Positions 26,036 through 39,406 of a stretch of DNA of 64,000 nucleotides are shown here, in pieces (the stretch's first letter is position 1; every line of letters begins with the position of its first letter). Where the stretch lies: positions 28,402,437 through 28,466,436 of the forward strand of contig NC_092672.1 of the NCBI RefSeq assembly GCF_964355755.1, in the 5' to 3' direction. The notes beneath the pieces are model-generated. The model searched no databases. It was given only the letters and a program-made list of their open reading frames with translations, and had not been told where the DNA came from. Source of the stretch: Antedon mediterranea (taxonomy: Eukaryota > Animalia > Echinodermata). Made by a program: the position numbers and the translations under genes.

Positions 26036-28128
26036 TAAATCTATATCTATCTATATCTCTGGAAATTCTGGACCTAGTGAGATAATTTTGGTGTCAAATT
26101 GTTCACAATGTATATGTTTATATTAGCTCTAACAGAACTTTCTTTGTAAAATTGACCGGAAACCCCATTTTTAGCAATTTTGACCTTTTACCTCTTTTTG
26201 CTATATCTAAGTAACGGCAGGTCGGAGAGAATTAAAAAAATAGGAGCAAATTGTTCCCAAGATATACATTTATATTCAGTGTAACAGATGATATTGCTTG
26301 AAAATGACCGGAAGTGTGGTTATTAACCCTTGACATAATTGAATAAGGTTATAAAAACATAAATTAATAAATATTTGTCGTAAGGAGCCAATTTTGGTAT
26401 CAAATTGTTCATAATATATATGTTTATACTTGCCATAATGCAACATTTTTTTCAAAAAGTGACTGAAACACCATAGTTCTGTAATTTTAACCTTTGACCT
26501 GTTTTTCTCATCGAAATAACGACATGGCATAGAGATTTCTAACGGCAAATTGTTTATAATAGATATTTTTATTCAATCTAATTTGCTTTGAAATCCTGTA
26601 CATAAGAGCCTATCATGTGGATTTAATGCAAAGAGAACCCCGAAAGGTCCATGAAGGATCGGCCCTTGGGTTCATTTGGGCAAATCCATAAATGTTATTT
26701 AAAGATTGAGGGTGAACATTTTAGTTTTATTCCATATTTCATCTATGAACTATTTACCCCATATTAATTTCTAATACAGGGCCTTATGTAGCACACCACA
26801 TAGAGATCCCAAAAGGGTCCTTAGAGGGTTCATTCGGGCAAATCCATATGGGTTATTTTAGAATCTTTTGTGTGTACAGGAAACTCGTTCCTGTATGGGC
26901 CAAACTATCTGTGGCTATATAAAAATTGTGGTATGTCTGTGTAGATTTGTGGATTGAGTTTGGCCACCTGGTTCTGCCTATGCCCTGTCCTGTACGAATT
27001 GGTATTCTCTGGTTCTGATGAATAGTAGTTTATTTTCCAAAAACGAATATTGTAGCCCTAATAAATGCAACTGTATAGTGGCAAATCATTGAAGGTCAGC
27101 GTAACATTTTAACATCATAATATTTTAACCGTCATAATATTAATAATATTAATAATTTTATTATTTATTTTACAGTATTATATTAATACATTTAAAATAA
27201 TGCGCACTAGAAAAAATACCATAACTTCAATGATCAAATAACGTGATCACATTTATGAACATCGATCTCATAGTTTGAATAACTTTGCATTATTTAGTAT
27301 ATCACTTGTTCAAATGTTGACCTTTGACCTATGTCAACTTGTGTAATGATAAATGTGCTCTTTTGATTGTGTATGATTGGTAGAATGATAAAACATAACA
27401 GAATGATAAAACATAACATTTTGTCTTAAATGTTAGTTTTTATTTGGGTTTATATGCAAATTGTGTGATTGGTCAATATTGACATTTGACCTTTAATTGA
27501 AAAGTATTTGTTGTATAAGGCGACTGAATAGATACCTATTACCATACAAATGTATTAAAAGACCAAATTGAACTTCAATAAATTGGTTATAATACATTTG
27601 TATATAATACATTGTTATAATTGGTCAATTTTGAACTTTGAACCCTTATCTCTTTCTATTCGCTTCCTATCCTGATCAAAGTCTGATTTGATTAAATACA
27701 GTATTATAATTATATTAATCAAAATTATAATGAAATAACATAACTTTACTAATCAAATAATTTGATTACTTGTAAAACCATCAATATCATAGTTTGGACA
27801 ACTTTGCATTTATTTGTTAACTAATACGTGTATTAAAATGTTGACCTTTGACCTTATGTCAACTGATGATATTGACCTTATGTCAAGTGATGAAATGATG
27901 TATTCGCTCTTTTACATTGCGTGTGATTGATTAACAGGATGAGAAAACATCCAATTTTTATTAAATATAAGTTTTTATTTGGTTTTATAGGTACGTTCTA
28001 TGATTGGACAATATTGACATTTGACCCTTAATTACAAAGGATTTTTTTTTCATAAGGTGATTGAATAGACACTTATAATCATAAAATGTAACAAAAGACC
28101 AAATTGTGCTTCAATAAATTTGTTATAA

Positions 28129-29422
28129 CTAGATGGCACGCTCGCTTCGCTCGCGTACCATCTAGGTCGTGCCCACAGATGGTTCTCGAATACACAGTAT
28201 TTTCCAGCGAGAAAAACATGGAGATTTCAAATGTACGTACTGCAGGACTATAATACATTGTCGTTTATAGAAACGAATAAATATACACGATGATTTATGT
28301 AGTCAGCTAAAATTAGCACCCTGGGAATTACTTCCGAGAGAGAAACAAAATGAGTCAAATTTTTTTATTTGGACTCATTTAAACAAACCTAATTTGTGTT
28401 TTGTATGTAACATTAAGGGTTGAGGTATGGGGGAAGAAGATAGGTACAAAGAGGAAACATTTTAAAATATATTCTTATCCACTCAGTAACGAAATATTGT
28501 TTTTAATATTTTATAGGCCTATAAATAATATACCACTAAATACAGTAAAACATTTACGATTTAATACTTTGTTAAAACTCTCACTGTCATAGTCGATTGA
28601 AATAGTAAAGTACATGTAACGATACACCACTACGTACGTTTATATATTTTTAAATTATTAATTAATACAAACGTTGAGAAGCAACTGTCAGTAATAACGT
28701 TTATTTATTTGTATATTATTTGTTTATAATCTAACAGTAGGGCCTACCCACACTCACAGTAATAAAGTTTATTTGTATATTTGTTTATATTATATCTAAC
28801 AGTACCAACACTCACAGTAAGAAATTTGCGATTCAAATTGCGATCAAAAGTGGTTAATACCTTAACAGTATTGTACAGCATTGCAATACTATTTATGTTT
28901 ATTCTCCAAGGGGGCCCATAAATCTAAATCTATACCTCTATGGTTAAACCAAATAATTTGGAATGTTCCATTCATCACAAATCAATACATTTGAAAAAAC
29001 GTATATTACATGTATCAAAATAGCATTTTTTAAAGAAAATCGGCCTGTCTTCAACATTATGATGCTGTACTCGAACTGTTCAACCGGTTTTCAGCTATTA
29101 AAAACAATTATCGTAGGAGGAGATAGGAAAATGCGAAGTGTCCTCGTATTATTGTGTGCGGGTATTTTTCAAATTGACATCCATTAGACAGTGTATACCA
29201 CGATCGGAAAACACCCCTATTTGGGGCAAATCGTTGAACCTAAATTCGTTTTAATCGTCAATAACTAATAATCGAACTCAATTTAATTAGTAAACAGGGT
29301 TACATCAGGTGGTTAAAATCAGTACCGAAAGTACGAACCAACTTTATATACCATCGAGTAAACATTCTAGAAATAACGCACGATTTACCGATTTTTGCCC
29401 TTACGTAAATTTATAATATAGA
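28129..29422 (-). mobile_element. Non-autonomous canonical Helitron (1294 bp)
   Basis: Minus strand starts TC(TATAT) and ends CTAG after a GCGAGCGAAGCGAGC hairpin. Inserted between A and T with no TSD. The empty site is visible in the paralogous repeat near 27585 (gttataa^tacat). Confidence 0.88.
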
Positions 29423-30467
29423 TACATATACATAATACATTGTTGTAATTGTTCAATTTTGAAATTTGACCCCTTATATCTCGAAAACGCTTCCTATCCT
29501 GATCGATTACCTTCCATATTCGTAATCTACGGGAAATTCTGGTCTAGAAAACGACAAAGTTCCATCACTGATTGTTTCGCGATTACATACACAACTTGTG
29601 TTTATAGTCCACACCACTCTAGTGATACACCATAAAGAAGTCTCTTCTTGAATTCTTTCTATGGCAAAATGTTTGCTTTAGAGTATGAAAACCAGGTAAG
29701 TAGTTTTGTTTTTGAACTGTACATAACATTTAGTATGCCTACCAAACACAAGTTTACTAGGAATAGTACCTGTTCATTATCTAATAAGCTTAAATCTATC
29801 TACCTTCGACAGCATAATTTCTGCAATGATGTCTCACTTTTAACAATTTTTTTTATTGGTTGATACTGTGTGCAACATTTGTTTTTATTTTACAGTTGCA
29901 CAATGTTTTAAACATAATTATTTTGTCGTATGTATAACACATGCTATCAAATTTAAACACTAAAAAGCAGGTTTTGTCTTTAAATGCCTAAAAAAAGTTA
30001 AAAAGTCTAAATTAAATATTTGCCGTTTAGTAGCATTTACGTATATAAAATAGTAATACCAGATATTAATTAGTTGTGCTATAATTGTTATAAAAGACAT
30101 ATATGTTGAGTACTATATTATATACACAGGGTTTCTAATAAAAAAAATGTATAGTGTGTCTGCTAGTAATTTAGAAATAAATACGGGCCAGATAAAAAGC
30201 ATGTAGGCCTAGCGTCGAAAACTCATGGCTTTTAAGGATATTAACAGTGTTTTCCCTTTTATCTGTACCGTAGCTCTTTTGTGAGCCGTATGAAGTGGAA
30301 CCATGGCATCTAATTTTGAAAACCCGGAAAAAAGGTAATACTATTTGTATCATATTTAATAATAGAAATAAATAATAAGTACTGTATGCACAAGCTGTAT
30401 CTCAATTATTGCTTAAAAATTCATTTTTCCACTTTGAATCAAAAGTAAAATGGCAATACATGTAGCC

Positions 30468-31015
30468 TCTCTCTCTCGTCGTTCTACACATATCTGAGTA
30501 CCCGTGACCATTCTGATGAGGTATCTCCATTCTTGCCGATCTTGAGCTTCATTGTAGCAACTGATTATTGGTCGGTTTGTAGCACCACTTATACCATCAA
30601 TCCATCTGAGTCTCTGTCTTCCTCTTTTTCGCTTCTCCTCAACTTTTCCAAACATAATCATTTTCTACATACTATCTCCATCCCGTCTGACAATATGTCC
30701 AAAGTATTGTAGTTTTTGTTTGATAATATAGATTCGATTAATGTGCCTTTCTTGCCTATTTCGTGCCTTACACTTTCATTAGTTCTTCTGGCAGTCCATG
30801 GAATACCTAGAAGCTTTCTCCAGCACCACATCTTAAAAGGTTCAATTCGTTTTTGATCTGCAGCATTAATTACCCATGTTTGACATGCGTACGTTGCAAT
30901 TGAAAAAACTAGAGCTCCAATTAATCTAATTTTTGTTGCTTTGCTGATGCTTCTGTCTTTCCATATCATGTGCATTAAACACATTGATGATTTTGCCATT
31001 GCCAGACGACGTTTG
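30468..31015 (-). mobile_element. RTE-clade LINE 3' fragment
   Basis: RRLAMAK...IWKDRSISKATKIRLI..LVFSIATY, MWCWRKLLGIPWTARRTNESV, GKVEEKRKRGRQRLRWIDGI, then a (GA)n tail. Confidence 0.88.
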
Positions 31016-31684
31016 TGCTGTATTTTTTTTTTACATCTAGGTGGTATTTATTTGATTATACATATTACCATATTATACCCCAAATAAAGATGCCTCCCCT
31101 CCACTAAAAACCCTTTTGAACAATAAATGCCCGGGGCGTTTAATCGGATACACATGGCAAGTTACTTCTAGCATTCTGAAAAAAACTGTTGAGCTTGACG
31201 TTTCTATTAAAATGTTCTTGGGGACAGCAATAACTAGTACTTGAAATTGAAACAATTTAAAGTATCAGTTATTGCATAACATTACTGTCTAAGGATAAGT
31301 TATGTAGAGATATGTTTTTTTGTTTGAAACATTAGTAATAGTATTTCTGTACATGTTTTAACCACATTTTCTATTACAATGAATGTAAATATGTATATTT
31401 CGAACAATTTGATACCAAACTTAAGTTTCTACGACCAGTACTTACAGAGATATGAAGATGCCATGATATGTGGGTCAAAATAATTTTTGACTAAAATGTC
31501 CCATTTGATTGAATATGAAAGCATGCCTTCTGAACATTTTGATTTTGTTCATATAACCCTTGACCCTGACCCTTTGACCTTTTGTAACATTTTTAAAAAT
31601 GTGCACCAAATAACAAAATGTTTATTTCAAACAATTTAAGACCAAATTCAAGTGTCTAGGATCAGTAGTTACGGAGATGTTTTT

Positions 31685-33083
31685 GCAAACATTGAAGAGA
31701 AAGTTGGTTATTCATCTCGTGATCGTGAGGTTGAAATTGTTAGTTTGATATTTGGAAATCTGCAGTTGTTTTCCGATGTTCCAGGTCGAACGAACTTAGT
31801 GGAGCATGACGTTAAGACAGCTGATTGTTTACCAATAAAACAAAATCCATATAGAGCAAACCCGTTCAAGATGAAGATATTACAAAATGAGATTGATTAC
31901 ATTATTAAGAATGATATAATCGAGCCTAGTTGCAGTGCTTGGAGTTCTCCATGTATATTAGTTCCGAAGCCAGATAAATCGTATCGTTTTTGTTCTGATT
32001 ATCGGAAGGTTAATGCTAAATCTACTACAGATTCATATCCCATACCGAGGATAGACGACTGTATTGATCGTGTGGGTTGTGCTAAGTTTGTCAGTAAATT
32101 TGATCTTATAAAGGGTTACTGGCAAATTCCTTTAACAGAGCGTGCGAAAGAAGTGTCAGCTTTTGTAACTCCTATGGGTCTTTATCAGTATAAGGTCATG
32201 CCTTTCGGTTTAAAAAACGCACCAGCCACGTTCCAGAGATTGGTTAATGGTATAATTTCAGGGTTGGAGGGCTGTGAAGCTTATATAGACGATTTGGTTG
32301 CTTATAGTGATACATGGGATGTCCATGTGCAGAGAATTAAGGCATTGTTTGACAGGTTGACAGCTGCAAAGTTGACAGTAAATTTGGTGAAAAGCGAGTT
32401 TTCATGTGCAGAAATTGTGTTCTTAGGTCATAAAGTTGGTTGCGGAAAAGTGAAACCATTAAGTGCTAAGATTAAGGCAGTCTGTGATTTCCCAGTTTCA
32501 AAGAGTAAGCAGGAGTTAATGCGGTTCCTGGGAATGGCTGGGTTTTATCGACGTTTTCGCAGAAGTTTCTCAACGCTTATAGCTCCATTAACGAATCTGC
32601 TGAAAAAGAATGCGAGTTTTGTGTGGTTGGAGGAATGCAATAATGCGTTCATTAAAGTTAAAGCGATGTTATCAAACGAACCGGTGTTGATGGCTCCACA
32701 ATTTGATAAACAGTTCTCGTTGATGATTGATGTCAGTGATGTTGGTTCTGGTGCTGTGTTGGCGCAAACAGACGAGAATGGTGTTGACAAGCCTGTGTGT
32801 TTCTACTCGAGAAAATTCAACCAGCATGAGAAGTTATTCTACTGTTGAGAAGGAGACATTAGCTTTGATGTCAGCGTTAAAGCACTTTCAAGTGTATCTT
32901 GGATCTACTCCGTTTCCAATTGTAGTTTGGACTGACCACAACCCATTAACGTTCTTGGCAAGAATGAAGGACAAGAATCAATGCTTGTTGAGATGGAGTT
33001 TAGCAGTTCAAGAAATGAATCTGGAAATTCATCATATCAGAGGAAAAGACAATGTTGTAGCTGACGCTTTGTCAAGAGTTTAG
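31685..33083 (+). pseudogene. Ty3/Gypsy pol fragment, RT plus RNase H, one frameshift near 32830
   Basis: PIKQNPYR, WSSPCILVPK, DLIKGYWQ, MPFGLKNAPATFQR, YIDD, YSTVEKE, TDHNPL, NVVADALSRV-stop. Confidence 0.95.
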
Positions 33084-33346
33084 ATAAAACATGCATGAAA
33101 TGATTTTGAAAGTTTTGTTGATTTTAAAAGTGTTTATTTAATTATAATATGTTAGTTGTGATAGAGTGATGCATTAATGGCATACACGGAAGTACAGTAA
33201 TTAGAACTTGTGAAATTTTAAAGAAGCAGTTGAAGTAAATTCATATCAACGACCTGTTAAAATAACTACTGTATAAGAAAAGATTTAAGATGTTATAGTA
33301 AACAGTTATAAGTTTAATCATATCAAACGTTCTTTAAGTGGGGGTG

Positions 33347-33478
33347 TGTGATGAGTTTGTCACACGGAAGTGAGCCCTCTAGAGAGGAAGAGGGGAATGA
33401 ATAAAGATGGACGACAACTACAACGTGTTTTTTTATATTCTTATTGTTGGTTTTAGCCTAACGAGCGAGCCCGTAACA
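33347..33478 (+). mobile_element. Short 3' LTR of the Gypsy element, with polypurine tract upstream
   Basis: AAGTGGGGG immediately before TGTGA...GTAACA, with an internal AATAAA. Confidence 0.7.
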
Positions 33479-33763
33479 GTAGGCCTAATGGTTTCCAATT
33501 GTTTCTGAGAGCCAATTCATACTTAAGTTGGTTCCTAACCATCAAAGTTGTTCTGCGTTTAGGGCATGTGATCATTGGTACTGTAAGCCTGTCCTCTATT
33601 GGCTTTACAACGCTACTCATGCCAGTGAGGGGGGGGGGGGGGGGTGTGGTGGTGTGGATGGTGGTTTAACTGAAATAATAAAGTTGATTGTACATAATAG
33701 ACGACGACTGGAAAGGCACTTGTCTTTTCGACGCCTGAGGGAATAGAAACTTGTGGAACAGAG

Positions 33764-34233
33764 ATTGGAATGTTCCGTTTATCGCAGATCAAAACATTTG
33801 TATAAACGTATATTAAATCTATCAAAATAGTATTTTTTAAAGAAAATCGGCCTGTCTTCAACATTATGATGCTGTACTCGAGCTGTTCAACCGGTTTTCA
33901 GCTATTAAAAACAATTATCGTAGGAGGAGATAGGAAAATGCGAAGCATCCTCGTATTATTGTGTTCGAGTATTTTGGATTGACATCCATTAGACAGTGTA
34001 TACCACAACTACAAAACCCCCCTATTTTGGGCAAATCGTTGAACCTAAATTCGTTTTAATTGTCAATAACTAATTATTTAACTCAATTTAATTAGTAAAC
34101 AGGGTTACATCAGATGGTTAAAATGAGTACCGAAAGTACGAACCAACTTTATATACCATCGAGTAAAAATTCTCGAAATAAACCGCGATTTATCGAATTT
34201 TGCCCTTACGTAAATTTATATATAGATTATAGA
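33764..34233 (-). mobile_element. Helitron 5' part, same family as 28129-29422
   Basis: High similarity to 28958-29422, with a doubled TCTATA 5' terminus. Confidence 0.8.
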
Positions 34234-34609
34234 TTAACAATAGCTGAGAGATTTACGAATTGGCTTGAAGAAGAAAAGATCGATCGAAGGTTTGTTTACC
34301 AAGCCAGCGCATGTTCATACCGTGTCATCGCCGTCCTTCATGACCGCATTTTGCGTTATTAGCCAATCATATTAGCGGATTCGCTTAGCCAATAGAAGCG
34401 CCGAATGCAACCACGAATTTTCATTGGTCGTATTTGACGTCACAAATAGGCTGCCATGAATACAAGATGACAAAAGTCTTGAAAACAACTTTAAAATCCT
34501 GTTTACTAGAAAAACTACAAACCGATTTAAACATAAATTGTTCTGAATATTAAGTTGGTGGGGTTACTTTTATAATAGTTAAGTAAAATATTAGGGTGTC
34601 CCTTTCCAT

Positions 34610-35278
34610 TAAGCAAAATAAGCAGCTTAAGCAGTCACTTCACAGGGAGAAGAAAATTTGCAAATTAGCAACTAATCAGCGCAACGTTTCAGCTTACAAT
34701 GCTACAGCTTAAGCAGTAATCTCATAGGGAACAGATTCGTTGCAAATTAGCAACTAATCAGCGCAACGTTTCAGCTTACAATGCTACAGCTTAAGCAGTA
34801 ATCTCATAGGGAACAGATTCGTTGCAAATTAGCAACTAATCAGCGCAACGTTTCAGCTTACAATGCTACAGCTTAAGCAGTAATCTCATAGGGAACAGAT
34901 TCGTTGCAAATTACCAACTAATCAGCGCAACGTTTCAGCTTACAATGCTACAGCTTAAGCAGTAATCTCATAGGGAACAGATTCGTTGCAAATTACCAAC
35001 TAATCAGCGCAAAGTTTCAGCTTACAATGCTACAGCTTAAGCAGTAATCTCATAGGGAACAGATTCGTTGCAAATTACCAACTAATCAGCACAACGTTGC
35101 AGCTTACAATGTTACAGCTTAAGCAGTAATCTCATAGGGAACAGATTCGTTGCAAATTACCAACTAATCAGCGCAACATTGCAGCTTACAATGCTTAAGT
35201 AAAATAAGCAGCTTAAGCAGAGACTTCACAGGGAAAGGATTCGTTGCTAATAAGCAACTAATCAGCACAACATAGCAA
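34610..35278 (+). repeat. 82-bp minisatellite, about 8 copies
   Basis: aagcagtaatctcatagggaacagattcgttgcaaatt... recurs at 34711, 34793, 34875 and onward; outer units diverged. Confidence 0.95.
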
Positions 35279-36232
35279 TACATTTGAATTTAAATAAAAT
35301 AACTAAGTTTTATCGATGGGTGTCTTTAAAATATAAATTCAAGGTTCAGAATAAATAGTTCAAAATTTAGATTGAAATCAAATAATATTACTTTATTAAT
35401 CTTTTTACCATATTTTCTCTGATAGTAATCAAAATATAGGCCTACATAGGTACATTAAAGATGAAAATGGGCCACATAAACCCGCAAGGCTTATAAAGAT
35501 GTGGAAACCATAATAGTAGGCCTAAATGAATGAGTAATTACACAGTAAGCAAAATTGAAACGATAAAATTAAGGGTAATAGGGCCTACATAATAATATAT
35601 AATAATACATGTTTAGTAAACTAAAAGTTAATACATATTTCGTTAACAAAAAAAGATGTTAACATCATTATGATTAATAGATCAATACTCTATTATTTCT
35701 ACTACATTTTAATTCATAAAAAAAAATGGGTACAGAGTCTGAATTAGTATCTAAATCACCGGTAAATAATATTAGGCTGCCAGTTATTGATTTAAACAAT
35801 GTTTAAATGCGAAGGCTTGTTAATATGCTTCCTTCTTCGTGGTAAATAAACGGCGAACTGTACTAAAAAAGAAGACACATTTGCTTCGGCCTCCAAGCGA
35901 TTATATAAAACACATTGTTTTCAGTGGGGTTTTATCGCAGGACATGTCTCGGGGTAATGGTATCGAAATCGTCACGGGCTATATATTGAACTATGCCCCA
36001 GTCAAATGTATATAGGCCTAATATGCATTAAAGCAGAATAATGCATGTCTGTGTACATTATTATAATGAAAGAAAAACAATGTAAATAAGTTAAACATTT
36101 TGGCAACATAAATTTTAGATAGGCCATTACTTTAATTATTTTTCTTGAGCCCAAAGAAATATATTTATTACATTTTCGTTATCCGTGCTCTTAAATTGCT
36201 CAGAAAAAACGTCCCTTTTTTTAGTAAACCAA

Positions 36233-36433
36233 AAATAAACAGGTTAAAACCAAATATAAACAGGTTAAAACCAAATATAAACAGGTTAAAACCAAATATA
36301 AACAGGTTAAAACAAATATAGACAGGTTAAAACCAAATATAGACAGGTTAAAACCAAATATAGACAGGTTAAAACCAAATATAAACAGGTTAAAACAAAA
36401 TATAAACAGGTTAAAACCAAATATAAACAGGTT
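36233..36433 (+). repeat. 22-bp minisatellite, about 9 copies
   Basis: aaacaggttaaaaccaaatata repeated. Confidence 0.95.
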
Positions 36434-37080
36434 CCGAATTATGACATTAGGTTACGTATCATAATCAGCAACCATGACTAATACAATTAATAAAAACCAA
36501 GTACGAAAGGATATGTAAACATTTTCTCAGTCGGTCAACCATGTGCTTTTTTAAAATGATAAACGAGTTATGGCGAACACGCACAGTATACATCAACTGA
36601 AAGAAAAAATAATATTTTAGGAACTGTATCTTGGAGTTGTGTCTTGGTGGTTATGATGCTTGGCTACCAATCCAAGGGTACTGGGTGCCTGTCGTTTGTC
36701 AGTAGTTTTTCTAATTTCTAATGACCAATTACAACTTCACTCCAAAACTTGTAATAAGACTTTGTTTATGTAGAGCATCTTATGTATGTTTGTCTTGTTG
36801 TGAACGGGATTGCCAACTTTAAGAAGGATAGTGAATGAATTCGCGTTTGGTTCGTCCTTGGCAAATGAAAATTTAAATTAATTTTACATTTTATTTTATA
36901 TTTTACACTGTGTTTTGTCAATATATTTTGCAAGCAAAAAATGCAAAATACATGCATGAAGTAATTTTACTTTGTGTTCTTTAAAATTATGTTCTGTCGT
37001 GATACGGCGTTTTAAAAGAATGGGGACGAATGAAAAAGAATTTAGGCACACTGAATAGATTAATATTTGTTTAAGTATAC

Positions 37081-37200
37081 TTTTTTTATGGCTACATGTT
37101 GGGCCCATGTACCCATTGGAGCATTTGCAGACGCTTGTATTATCTGTAGTAACACAAGTACCACCATTCAAGCATACACCGCAATCATCTTGAATATCAT
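37081..37200 (-). CDS. LRP/LDLR-like gene exon 6, EGF-like domain
   Basis: ttacag acceptor, gt donor, phase 1-1; DDCGVCLNGGTCVTTDNTSVCKCSNGYMGPTC. Confidence 0.85.
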
Positions 37201-37444
37201 CTGTAATAAAGAAATTAGTAATGGTATATTTAGTAAAAATAAGATGTTAGACTTGTGTCTAAAATAAATAATGGGAACTTTTATGTTTACGACCTACCAC
37301 CGACTAACCTAGGTCAGGTCAATCGATGTGTCTTCCTCGTCGGTCGTCGTCTAGACTGGACCTAAAAACTATTGAAACAAACATGTGTCGAAGTGAGGAG
37401 CAGGATATGGAACGCCATGACGGACATAACTATGTCAAGTTGAC

Positions 37445-37795
37445 CTCGCTCGTGTTATGTAGACATCGCTCTCGTGTTATGGAGACATTGCGCGAGTTGA
37501 GTTTACACATCGATCGTGTTATGGAGACATCGCTCGTGTTATGGAGACATCGCTCGAGTTGAGTTTTCGCGATGTGTAAACTCAACACGAGCAATGTCTC
37601 CATAACACGAGCGATGTGTAAACTCAACACGAGCGATGTCTCCATAACACGAGCGATGTGTAAACTCAACTCGAGCGATGTCTCCATAACACGAGCGATG
37701 TGTAAACTCAACTCGAGCGATGTCTCTATAAAACGAGCGATATGTAAACTCAACTCGAGCGATGTCTCCATAACACGAGCGATGTGTAAACTAAA
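37445..37795. repeat. 42-bp minisatellite that switches orientation near 37565 (foldback)
   Basis: About 5.5 forward units acgagcgatgtgtaaactcaactcgagcgatgtctccataac preceded by reverse-complement units. Confidence 0.85.
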
Positions 37796-37929
37796 CCGGA
37801 GGAAATGCGTCCCATACGTAGTTCAGTTGTCACAAATCAAAATCTACGATATTATATCCTTAGGTCCATGATTATACTCTAAATTGTTAGACCACAAAAA
37901 AAATAGTCTTAGTCCATGGTTAAACCTAC

Positions 37930-38190
37930 CTGTGAATGGGCCTATATATAAGCTTGAATATGGATATTGAAATCGAGTAATACTGCTTTCCAATGATGGA
38001 TTTCCAGTTCTTCTATCAACTCGATATATGTCATAAGTCGCCGCATTTGTCCAGTAGATATAAGGGCCATATATTTCAATATCAATGCAGGAATATCCGG
38101 CCAAATCAGCAATGGTTGTTCTGTTGGTTCCATCAAGGTTAGCTTCTTCAATGATATTAGTTATTTCATCACACCAATACATCTTTCCAT
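37930..38190 (-). CDS. LRP/LDLR-like gene exon 5, YWTD blades
   Basis: ttcaag acceptor, gtaggt donor; GKMYWCD...ANLDGTNR...YIYWTN. Confidence 0.88.
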
Positions 38191-39406
38191 CTTGAAGATA
38201 ACAACAAAAATATATTTAAAAAAATAATGAACAATGGGATGTAGTTTAATCCAGTAATTCAGAATATTATAATAATTTATCAAACTTCGTAAAATACATA
38301 ATCGGTTGACACTTTTGCTCTTTTTTTTTTATCCCTAAACAGATAATGCTTTCATTGTTTTAAATTATAAAGAAAAAAGATCGAGTTTGTTTACGCTCAG
38401 TGTCCAGGCATTTACGATATAAACAAACTATGAGATATGTTTTTTATAATAGTTATGGTGTAATTGTTCTTTATCACTGATTTTTAATATTTAAAAAATA
38501 GAAATAAACTTCCACACATCCTACAAAAGATTTGTATAAAGTCCGTTGCATAGAAAGAATGTTATCTACAATCTCCGAAGATAAAGAAATATTACAACAT
38601 TGTATTAAAACACTGAATGAGGAATTAATTAACAATTTGAGTATTGCTATTGAAGAAATTGAGACAGAAATAGACCTAAAACAAAGGAATTCGAAAATAT
38701 TTACAGTAAAGAAACGAAAGTGCTTATATACGATCAAGGGTTACAAATGGATAGAGGAGGGTGAGCGCGTAGCACAAAATACTTCTTAGATTTAGAGAAA
38801 AAAAGCATATAAAAAATATTTAAAAAAATAATTGTAAATTATTGAAAAAACCAAAGGAATCATATGTGAAGAAATAAGATTCTTTAAGAAACTATATGCT
38901 AATAAGGGAATCTCCCAGGTAAAGTTACTCTAGATCGTTCAAATGTAAATAGTTTACCAAAATGAAGAAAAAACAAGTTGTGAAGGCTTAAAGAAGAAAC
39001 GTACAAGAAGCAGTGAAGCATTAAAGCATAATGTAATTGAATAAAGCCCCAGGGTATGATGGTTTACAAATATTAAATTTTTGGGAAGAGCTCAAATATT
39101 TAATATGTGATGTATTAATTTTAATGAATGTTATTTAAATAGCAAAATGAGCAATACGCAATGACTTGGTGTTATTAATCTGAAAGGGGATAAAAATCAA
39201 CTACAAAATTGGAGTCATATTACTCTGCTAACCACAGATTATAAAATATTAACACACATCCTTAGTAATGTGTATATGACAGGGATGTCCCTTGTCAGCA
39301 TTATTATTTCTATTGGTTGTAGAATCAATGGCAATTAAGTAACCTAAGAAATGATCAACATTATAAAGGAATGTTGCTACCTAGTCCTATAAAAGAGGAA
39401 GTGCGT

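Larger units (their letters stand above)
24893..29551. mobile_element. Long-TIR/foldback-like DNA element remnant with nested LINE and Helitron
   Basis: About 100 bp inverted repeats at 24893-24993 and 29449-29551, and an internal duplication of about 520 bp (27270-27690 versus 27790-29510). No convincing TSD. Confidence 0.6.

Noticed and set aside
34610-35278. 82-bp repeats as a CRISPR-like array
   Set aside because: Contiguous units with no unique spacers; an ordinary minisatellite.
23606-35329. TTAAAGACACC / GGTGTCTTTAA as Kolobok-like TIRs of one large element
   Set aside because: Only an 11-bp match over 11.7 kb with no further support.
37326-37871. Repetitive ORFs in both directions
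   Set aside because: A 42-bp unit is a multiple of three, so open frames arise by chance.
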